Of a DNA stretch of 61,745 nt, positions 28,632 through 35,648 are shown one piece after another. Below the pieces are notes generated by a model. That model worked only from the letters and a program-made list of their open reading frames with translations, did not search any database and had not been told where the DNA came from. This DNA is from Bdellovibrionales bacterium (lineage in GTDB: Bacteria; Bdellovibrionota; Bdellovibrionia; Bdellovibrionales; UBA1609): contig SKYF01000042.1 of NCBI GenBank assembly GCA_007128005.1, positions 1-61,745 of the forward strand, written 5' to 3'. A program made the translations under genes and the position numbers. Each line of letters starts with the position of its first letter. Positions within the stretch are counted from its first letter, which is position 1.

Positions 28632-30827
28632 GTGAGGAGAGGAGAGTTTTTGCAGGGGCAAGCTAAATGGGAACAAGTGGGTCTTTGGGGTCGCCTAATC
28701 TCAGTGAGCTTGGGGCTTGGGCTAATGAGCGCCCAGCTGCGGGCGATGGCCCCGATTGACCAGTTGGATGTGGGCTGTCGGACACTGCTCAGTCAAGTGA
28801 CTCTGTCTCAGCCGAGTGCTGGGGCTCGGTTTCTGAAGCCAGAACAGGCTGCCGTTGCCGGAACCCTTGCCAGAAGACAACTTCGACAGATTGAGAGAGT
28901 GGAACACCTGGCAAGCTCCCCTGTCTACGGCCTCACTTCTGATCAGGCCCGTCAGTATCAGTGGCCAGAAAGGGCCCTCCATGAGTTTCGCCAGCTCCTG
29001 CACTGGGAACAGCCCTTTGGGGTGTTTTATGACCCTCAACGAGATGTGACTCAGTTTTACGCCCTCGGGCACCCGGACCGAGTTCGATCCATTCGGCTGC
29101 GGCTGTTTGATTCCCACGTGAGCTCACCCTCCGCGGGCCTCATTGAGGACGTTGAGCTTGAGCACCTTGCTGGAGTCAACCAGGGTTTGGCTTGGTTTGC
29201 GGAGCGGCCCGGGCAGCTGGAGGGACTTTGGTATGACTACCTCTACGAGGCCCAACCAGGGGCAAGAAGTGACTTTGGAGAATTGGCCCCGAACCTCTAC
29301 CCTGTGCTGGATCCCACAGCCCTGTTCTCGGCTGGAGATCGAGCTCGCATCTATTACCCCCCTCTAACTCCTACGGAGAGCCCATTGAGTCGCAGAGCCT
29401 CCGCGGCCCCAATTGTCACTCTGGAGCTGGGGCTTCGCGATCTGGTGACGGCCGATATTCCAAGAGATCTGCGCGGCTCGGCGCTGGCTCTGCTGGAAAG
29501 CCCCTTTCTAAGAAAGCTGACTGAGCCCTTTTCTGCTCTAGAGCTGCTCCCCGTAAGAAATTACGAAAGCCTAGACCTGTTTGCCTCTCAGTCGGGGGCC
29601 CGTCCCGACACCCTTTACTTTCACTACTGGGGTTATATGCCTACCTCTTTGGGCATAGCGCTGGATGTGGGGGGGCCTGAAGCCCTCGCCTATCTGAGCC
29701 AAAGGCTGGCGGCCCGGGGGCAAGTCTTAATCAAGGATGAGGTCCTTCAACACACAGCCAATAAACAGGGCCACTCCCAAGCCTCTTTAAATATCTTTCA
29801 TTTTGCTCTCCCAAACAGCTACCGCACAGATGGCTGTGATCGCACAGGCTGCGGCAACACCACCAACTTGGACTGGGGAAATCACTTTACAAAACTTATG
29901 TTACAGATGGTGATTCACGATCTTCTTGTGCTTGGCTGGGGAGGACACCGCTATGACTTGATGGGGGCCATCCCCCGCCAAACGGCTCAGGAGCTGACGG
30001 ATCTGGCCGCCCGTCACCGCTGCCTGATGACTGGTGAGCCCTATGGCTGCCCCTACCACGACTCCTTTTGGCACACGGAGTATGACACCTTAAGAAATGC
30101 AGGACTATGGGACCACCACTACCGTCGGGAGCTGAGACGAGCCATCAGGGAACAACAACATGCCTCCGAAATCTTTAAGTGGCTGGGAGGGGGTTCCTAC
30201 TTTACTTGGGTGGACCAGGCTTCCGATCGCACTGCGATTCTGGAAACCCATGATGGGGAGACCCTGGCCCACTACTTTGCAGGGAACTTGGACCAAGTGA
30301 CTTTTGCCACAACTCTTCAGCTGTTCTCCCAAGGAGATGTGACTCTCACTCTCTCACAGATCCTGGGGCTGGAACACCCCCACCTGGACAACACGCCCCT
30401 GGACTTAAGGAGCCTGAGTGAGCAACAGTATCAACAGGCCCATCGCGTGCTTCACTTTGTCCGAATCCGCCAGCAGCTCAGTGGCTTCTTTGCCCACCCC
30501 TACTTGGACCCTCAGGACCCCTCAGACTACGTTGAGCTCTCCGAGCAGGGACACAACTCAGGCTACATCCACCTGAAAAAACCCGCCCCCTCTGTCACTG
30601 ATGACGAGGGCCAGCAGGTTGTTCTCGTGTTTAACAACTCTGACAACTCCACGCTTCCCAGGCTGTTGGGCTTTGAGAGGAAAAAGCACATCCACCTGCC
30701 TCCCGGGGACTGGTATGTGGCGGGCAGCTCTCGTGCGGGAAAACTCCACCAGAGCCGCCAGGTGTTGCGAGGAAAAGTGTATCTTGAGCCCTTTACCGCC
30801 CTATGGCTGGTGAAAAAGCCTCTTTAA
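28632..30827 (+). CDS. Divergent GH13 (pullulanase/isoamylase/GlgX-like) glycoside hydrolase family protein, probably exported
   Basis: Ordered GH13-like regions: HYWGYMPTS (cf. YWGYDP), IKDEVLQHTA (region I, DVVxNH), GGHRYDLMGAI (region II, GFRFDLMG), TGEPYG (region III, GEPW), ILETHDGETL (region IV, xxxHDxxTL), plus an amylase-like C-terminal sandwich (VVLVFNN...YLEPFTALWLV). The start is ambiguous (GTG 28632 or GTG 28677). Confidence 0.55.
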   Translation: MRRGEFLQGQAKWEQVGLWGRLISVSLGLGLMSAQLRAMAPIDQLDVGCRTLLSQVTLSQPSAGARFLKPEQAAVAGTLARRQLRQIERVEHLASSPVYGLTSDQARQYQWPERALHEFRQLLHWEQPFGVFYDPQRDVTQFYALGHPDRVRSIRLRLFDSHVSSPSAGLIEDVELEHLAGVNQGLAWFAERPGQLEGLWYDYLYEAQPGARSDFGELAPNLYPVLDPTALFSAGDRARIYYPPLTPTESPLSRRASAAPIVTLELGLRDLVTADIPRDLRGSALALLESPFLRKLTEPFSALELLPVRNYESLDLFASQSGARPDTLYFHYWGYMPTSLGIALDVGGPEALAYLSQRLAARGQVLIKDEVLQHTANKQGHSQASLNIFHFALPNSYRTDGCDRTGCGNTTNLDWGNHFTKLMLQMVIHDLLVLGWGGHRYDLMGAIPRQTAQELTDLAARHRCLMTGEPYGCPYHDSFWHTEYDTLRNAGLWDHHYRRELRRAIREQQHASEIFKWLGGGSYFTWVDQASDRTAILETHDGETLAHYFAGNLDQVTFATTLQLFSQGDVTLTLSQILGLEHPHLDNTPLDLRSLSEQQYQQAHRVLHFVRIRQQLSGFFAHPYLDPQDPSDYVELSEQGHNSGYIHLKKPAPSVTDDEGQQVVLVFNNSDNSTLPRLLGFERKKHIHLPPGDWYVAGSSRAGKLHQSRQVLRGKVYLEPFTALWLVKKPL

Positions 30828-31702
30828 AGGCTTGGACCCTTTTCAAAGCGGGTAGCAAAGGGAACCAGCCCCACACTGACCAGCACCAACAGAGCCCCAA
30901 AGAGAGCTGTGAGAGACAGGTACTCGGAAAAAAATACCACTCCAAAGATTGCACTAAAGACGCTCTCACTCAAGAAAACCAAGCTCACCACGTGGGCCCG
31001 GATTCTCTGTTGAGCATAGACCTGGATGCTAAAGGCGATCATTGAGGAAAAGATGGCTAGTATTAAGAAGCCAGCAATGGGTGAAGGGCTTAGAATTCTC
31101 GAGAATTCAAAAAGTGGAGCCAGAGGGGGTGGACCCTTTAAAATGAGCGAAAAAACTGTGGATAACATTGCTATAAATAAAATCTGCTGAAAGTTAAAGT
31201 CCAGGGGGTTTTCCTTCTGGGCAAAGGCGTCCACGGCGATAATATGCACAGCAAAAAACAGCGCTGACAGCAAAATCCACCCATCGCCTCGGTTGAGCCC
31301 CTCCCAGCTGAGCTCGCACAAAAAGGCAATCCCCAAAAAGGCCAGCCCCACAAGCAGCCAGTAGGTCTTCCGGTAACCCACCCCCGTTTTTAAATAGAGC
31401 AGAATGGGGGTAAAAATGGCATAAAAAGTCGTCAGAAACCCACTCTTGGCCAAGGTCGTCCCCTCAATGCCAATGGTCTGGGCCTGCAGTCCTGCAAACA
31501 GCAAAATGGCACACAAAAAGACCTGCTTCTTAAAGCGCAGCTCTCCCCTCCACAGCAGAATGGGCACGGATAAACTGGCCGCCAAGATAAAGCGCAGGGC
31601 ATTGGACCAATAGGGATCATAGGCTTCAAAGGTCCAGCGGGTCGCAGCAAAGCCCAAACCCCAAATAAAACAGGCAAAAGTCAAAAGGAGAATGCGCAGC
31701 AT
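30824..31702 (-). CDS. EamA/DMT-family transporter
   Basis: A 292-aa protein with ten hydrophobic segments in two repeats. WGLGFAATRW near the N-terminus is typical of EamA domains. Confidence 0.8.
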   Translation of the reverse strand: MLRILLLTFACFIWGLGFAATRWTFEAYDPYWSNALRFILAASLSVPILLWRGELRFKKQVFLCAILLFAGLQAQTIGIEGTTLAKSGFLTTFYAIFTPILLYLKTGVGYRKTYWLLVGLAFLGIAFLCELSWEGLNRGDGWILLSALFFAVHIIAVDAFAQKENPLDFNFQQILFIAMLSTVFSLILKGPPPLAPLFEFSRILSPSPIAGFLILAIFSSMIAFSIQVYAQQRIRAHVVSLVFLSESVFSAIFGVVFFSEYLSLTALFGALLVLVSVGLVPFATRFEKGPSL

Positions 31703-31720
31703 GGAGAGGTCACTCTTGAG

Positions 31721-32662
31721 TTAGTTTCTCCGCCTGTCAAGCTCGCGCTCTAAAAAGCCCAAAGAGCGCAGTCCAAACCAGCTATAGGCCTCACCGTCAA
31801 CAAGGGCGCCGGCAAAGCCAAGCCCTGTAAGCTGCTCTTTGAGTTTCTCTTTGTGCTTGGCAAAGGGAAAGGGCTCTGAGGAAAACAAAAGACAGGTGCT
31901 GTGGGGGTCAAAATCTTGAGGGATCTCCACCTCCGGGTAGAGACTCCCGCCCTCCTTCTGGCCACAGCTGAGTTCATAACCCAGCAGTGAAAAGACAGAG
32001 CCGATAAAGGTTGTGGAGCGGACCCCCATCCAGGGCTTTTGCCAAATCACATAGGCATAGTGCTTGGGCTCGGACTTTGGGACAGTCAGCCACTCGAGAA
32101 CTCCGGGAAGCTCTTGCCAGCCCCTCAGCACTTTCTCTGCCTGTGGGTCTGCTTTGGCCCCACCTATAACCTTTTGCCAGCGCTGGCTTAAAACCTTGAG
32201 GGACGGGGCCTTCAGTTCCTTGGACAAAAATTCTAGGGCCTCAGGCATATCCACAACAGACCTTATATGGGTCACCGCACAGGGCAAGGGACAGCTCTGG
32301 TACATCTGCAAGGTGTTCTCCTCCCTATCCAGGAGCACAATCTCTGCCCCCAAGCCCTCCAGTTTTTCCCAGTCGGCATTTTTTGTCCCGCCGAGGATGG
32401 GAATGTCTTTGACCTTGGCCTCTGGGTGAATACAAAAGCGGCTTCTTCCCACCACCTGAACCCCAGACTCTAGCAGAGTCTCCGTCCATGATGGCACCAG
32501 GCTGACCACCTTTTTCGAGTAGGGGCAGTGTCGACATCCCGAGCCACAACAGAATCCGCGACGCAAATGGTAATGGGCTGTAAAGACCATTTTTCCGTCT
32601 TCCCAATAGTAATCGATATCTGGCTCAAGGGAGCCCATCCCTGACTTGCCTTTTTTATCCAT
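31721..32662 (-). CDS. Fusion of a Cys-rich DUF5522-like module with a BtuF/TroA-like periplasmic-binding-fold domain
   Basis: N-terminus YYWEDGKMVFTAHYHLRRGFCCGSGCRHCPY, then VVSLVPSWTETLLESGVQVVGRSRFCIHPE...ILGGTKNADWEKLEGLGAEIVLLDREEN, which resembles cobalamin/metal binding-protein cores. No signal peptide. Confidence 0.55.
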   Translation of the reverse strand: MDKKGKSGMGSLEPDIDYYWEDGKMVFTAHYHLRRGFCCGSGCRHCPYSKKVVSLVPSWTETLLESGVQVVGRSRFCIHPEAKVKDIPILGGTKNADWEKLEGLGAEIVLLDREENTLQMYQSCPLPCAVTHIRSVVDMPEALEFLSKELKAPSLKVLSQRWQKVIGGAKADPQAEKVLRGWQELPGVLEWLTVPKSEPKHYAYVIWQKPWMGVRSTTFIGSVFSLLGYELSCGQKEGGSLYPEVEIPQDFDPHSTCLLFSSEPFPFAKHKEKLKEQLTGLGFAGALVDGEAYSWFGLRSLGFLERELDRRRN

Positions 32663-32699
32663 CGCCGCAATTATACCCGTCTAGGCTAAGGAGTGCAAA

Positions 32700-34019
32700 A
32701 TGACAAATTTTATGGCTTTACGAGACATTGCTCCCCCTGATGAAATTCAGAATGACTTTGGTCCCCAGGACTGCCTGGTGGTGTTTGGCGAGCTCTTTGC
32801 CCGAGGCTATGCCAATGGCATTGTCGACGAGGCCCAAAAGCGCGGCATGAAGCTGATCTTTTCCACTGTGGGCCGCAGGGGGGAAAGGGACGAGCTACGC
32901 CCCCTGACCCACGAAGAGCTTAACGAGAAGGCCCTGCAGCCTATCATTAACATTCCGCTTGAGGCAGGCTTTGACCTTGAGCCGGACAGCCAAGGTCAGC
33001 GCCCCGTCGACCAACTCCAAGGGCTCAAACTCAGCGAATGGGACAAGGCCAAAATCAACTGGGACTCCTTGAATGAGTCCCGCTCAAGAGCCACGGAGCG
33101 CTTCCGCCAAAACCTGCGCCATTACTTAAAAGATCTTCAACCGCACATTGAGTCTTCAAGACATGTGGTCTTTGTTCACACCATGGCCGGAGGAGTGCCC
33201 CGAGCCAAAATCGCCATGCCTGCGATGAACAGGGTCTTTAAAGGTCATGGGGACCGCTATGCCTCCAGCGAAGAGTTCTGGGGCTCTGACCTGGGACGCT
33301 TTTGTGCCGCCAACTTTGAGGACGTCACTGCCAACACCTTTGCCCACCTTGTTGAGCTCAGCACAGAGCTTCGTGAAAGCCTTCAACGTCGTGGAGGACG
33401 AGTCTCCTATGTGGCCTATGGCTACCACGGCACAGAAGTGCTTATGGGCCAAGACTACAAGTGGCAGTCCTACTCGCCTTACCTTCAGGGCTTTGCCAAG
33501 CTGAAACTGGAAGGTCTCGCTCAAGAGGCCTGGACCCAAGGTGTTCGAGCCACGGTCTTTAACGCTCCAGAAATTCTCACCAACTCGAGCAGCATTTTTC
33601 TGGGCGTGGAGGTCTCTCTCTACCCCCTTCTGGGAGCTCTGCAAAAGGAGTCGGGACAGGACGAGAGAGTGCAACTCTTTTTAAAAAGCTGTCAGAGTCT
33701 GCTCAAGCCCGAACACTCGTTTGAGGAGATTATGGACTACACTGGAAAGTACTTCTCCTCTGAGACCATTCAAAAGTGGTCTCAGTTTGCAATCTGGCCC
33801 CAGCACAATGGACCCGAGCAAATGGCCCTGATGAGAGAGGCCTCCAGTCATCTCATCAACATGCACCGCGACTCCAAGCAGATGATGACTGCAGAGCTCA
33901 GCGAGCTGGTGTTTCGCGCTACGGGCTTGGCTATGATTCAAGAGACCTTTCAGCCCAAACAGCCTGTTTGGTGGATGGGCCATGATCTGGTGGCCCGCCT
34001 GGCACCCAGGCTGTTCTAG
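32700..34019 (+). CDS. Conserved-looking hypothetical cytoplasmic protein (439 aa)
   Basis: Long ORF with a good coding look, divergent from 31721-32662. No motif I can assign. Confidence 0.55.
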   Translation: MTNFMALRDIAPPDEIQNDFGPQDCLVVFGELFARGYANGIVDEAQKRGMKLIFSTVGRRGERDELRPLTHEELNEKALQPIINIPLEAGFDLEPDSQGQRPVDQLQGLKLSEWDKAKINWDSLNESRSRATERFRQNLRHYLKDLQPHIESSRHVVFVHTMAGGVPRAKIAMPAMNRVFKGHGDRYASSEEFWGSDLGRFCAANFEDVTANTFAHLVELSTELRESLQRRGGRVSYVAYGYHGTEVLMGQDYKWQSYSPYLQGFAKLKLEGLAQEAWTQGVRATVFNAPEILTNSSSIFLGVEVSLYPLLGALQKESGQDERVQLFLKSCQSLLKPEHSFEEIMDYTGKYFSSETIQKWSQFAIWPQHNGPEQMALMREASSHLINMHRDSKQMMTAELSELVFRATGLAMIQETFQPKQPVWWMGHDLVARLAPRLF

Positions 34020-34027
34020 TGGCTGAT

Positions 34028-34059
34028 GCGAAACCGCCAGCCACTTTCGCGCCAGTCAT
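34028..34059. repeat. Copy of the dispersed palindromic motif (gcgaaaccgcc ... ctttcgcgccagtcat)
   Basis: Contains the reverse complement of GGCGGTTTCGC (34028-34038) and TTTCGCGCCAGTCA (34045-34058). It lies between convergent genes at the edge of the AbiE islet. Confidence 0.6.
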
Positions 34060-34085
34060 TATTTAATTGTCAATAATTGCTGATC

Positions 34086-34697
34086 TTATTTTTTAATAAT
34101 TCCTAGGTCGTCAAATCGCTGGGCAACTGCATTTCTAATGCTTTGAGAACTCACCTGATCGCGGAGCATTCTCTTGAAAACTCTGCTCCGTATAGACCCC
34201 AGATCCATTTCTGGGAATTTGTTGAACCTATTTCCCTTCCTGGTCGAAAGATAAAGACAGTCTAGAAGAGCTTTTTCGGCCGAAGCCAACCCGTAACCTG
34301 GTTTTCCCTCAAACCACTCCACTCCCTGCATCATCATCTCCGGCTTTAGTTGGAAAATTTCGAAACCCGCAACAGGAGTGTTCAGACGTCTTCCATGCCC
34401 TGTTGAGGCAACTTGAATAATCTGAGGAATCTGCGAAATGACTCCATGGCGGTGCAAGGCTGAAAGAAACGAAACATAGCCCGCCTCCTTGCCCAAGATA
34501 TGGGGAACTAAACCATAAGGAGTGAAACGCGGATGATGGGGCTGTGCCCAAATGCCCCGCGTAACGAGAGTGATTGTGCCTCGGCTCGCAAGTTGATGCA
34601 GTTTTCTTGATGCAGAGCTAACGCCCACTTCTACCTCAAAAGCAAACTCCCTTGTCGTGAAAGTGGGGCTTTCTAGCAAAAAACGTCTTTCATCCAC
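34086..34697 (-). CDS. AbiEi-family (type IV TA) antitoxin-like wHTH protein
   Basis: FTTREFAFEVEVGVSSASRKLHQLASRGTITLVTRGIWA wHTH, plus a C-terminal domain with AEKALLDCLYLS. It has an 8-nt overlap with the nucleotidyltransferase gene. Confidence 0.7.
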   Translation of the reverse strand: MDERRFLLESPTFTTREFAFEVEVGVSSASRKLHQLASRGTITLVTRGIWAQPHHPRFTPYGLVPHILGKEAGYVSFLSALHRHGVISQIPQIIQVASTGHGRRLNTPVAGFEIFQLKPEMMMQGVEWFEGKPGYGLASAEKALLDCLYLSTRKGNRFNKFPEMDLGSIRSRVFKRMLRDQVSSQSIRNAVAQRFDDLGIIKK

Positions 34698-35469
34698 TAC
34701 TAAGAATCTCCATTATCATAGCCTGCATTTGCTCCCAGGGCTCTGGTCCTTCGTAAAGCCTCCTCTCACTCAGGGGGAGGTACTCCAATACTTGCCCTTC
34801 GTAATCTAGGTAACTAAAAGACATCAGGTTTTTAGCTGCCAGTGACAACTCCTGGGGTGTGAGAAACTCCCTTGTCCTGGTCGTAAGATATCCCGAATTG
34901 TAAAGAATGAATAAATCAAATACGTCCCGCACCTGCAGCTGCTTGCGATAAGCCAGTGCTCTAATTTTTTGAATGGCCGCAGACTCGCCCGTATAATGTT
35001 GGCAAGGATAGGATATTCTTTTATAAGTTCTGGCAATCTCCGGATGAATCATCTCACGGGCAAAAACCTCTTCTGGCTTAGAGTTTCTTCGCGAAAACTC
35101 TACTTTTGTCGGGAACTCCTCTCCGGCCTGGTTTTTTAACCTAAGTCGAAACCTCTGGGTAGTTTGAGTCTGCTTGGTCTTGAACGGGTCATTAACAAGC
35201 AACTCGCGAACACCATAGGACCTCAATTGCCTCAAAAACGAGGGGTCACTGAGAATCTTATATCCATTTTTTTTTAGCGTCTGAACAGACCCTCCAAAGA
35301 CGTCGATATCCATGTCTTCAGAATACCGAGGACTATTCAGAAAGAAGCGAAGGTTGACCCCTCCCTTAAGAACATAGAATTTTGGTTCTGAAACCCTAAG
35401 AAGGCGCTCCAAAAACAAGTAGTGGAAGACCTCCCTTTGTTGTTTATCGTTGAAATAACTTTGTGACAC
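34690..35469 (-). CDS. AbiEii/AbiGii-family nucleotidyltransferase toxin
   Basis: FYVLKGGVNLRFFLNSPRYSEDMDIDV is the family's NTase signature. The region has visibly lower GC than its neighbours. Confidence 0.8.
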   Translation of the reverse strand: MSQSYFNDKQQREVFHYLFLERLLRVSEPKFYVLKGGVNLRFFLNSPRYSEDMDIDVFGGSVQTLKKNGYKILSDPSFLRQLRSYGVRELLVNDPFKTKQTQTTQRFRLRLKNQAGEEFPTKVEFSRRNSKPEEVFAREMIHPEIARTYKRISYPCQHYTGESAAIQKIRALAYRKQLQVRDVFDLFILYNSGYLTTRTREFLTPQELSLAAKNLMSFSYLDYEGQVLEYLPLSERRLYEGPEPWEQMQAMIMEILSSG

Positions 35470-35648
35470 TGAGGAAACCTTCTCCTTGTACTGAGAACAC
35501 TTGTTTGACTGCTTCCCAACGCGGAACAGTTTTATTATGTATTTATAAATACTATAATGTCAATTAAAATACATAATGGAGGCGGCCTGAAAAACTCGAA
35601 CCCTTTTTATTCGCCTTTCAGCCCAACCCTGGCAGGTCTTGGGATTTT

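Noticed and set aside
30824-30827. The convergent GH13-like and EamA genes share the palindrome TTAA as overlapping stop codons, a 4-nt overlap with no room for a terminator.
   Set aside because: The observation is real, but this is a common trivial consequence of TAA stops on both strands. No further structure is visible there.
35594-35603. actcgaaccc, resembling the complement of a tRNA T-arm (GGGTTCGAGT). This could be a tRNA-fragment att site beside the AbiE islet.
   Set aside because: There are only 10 nt of similarity. The flanks (aaaaa / ttttt) form a plain A/T hairpin, with no acceptor stem or CCA-proximal sequence. No full tRNA occurs anywhere in the window.
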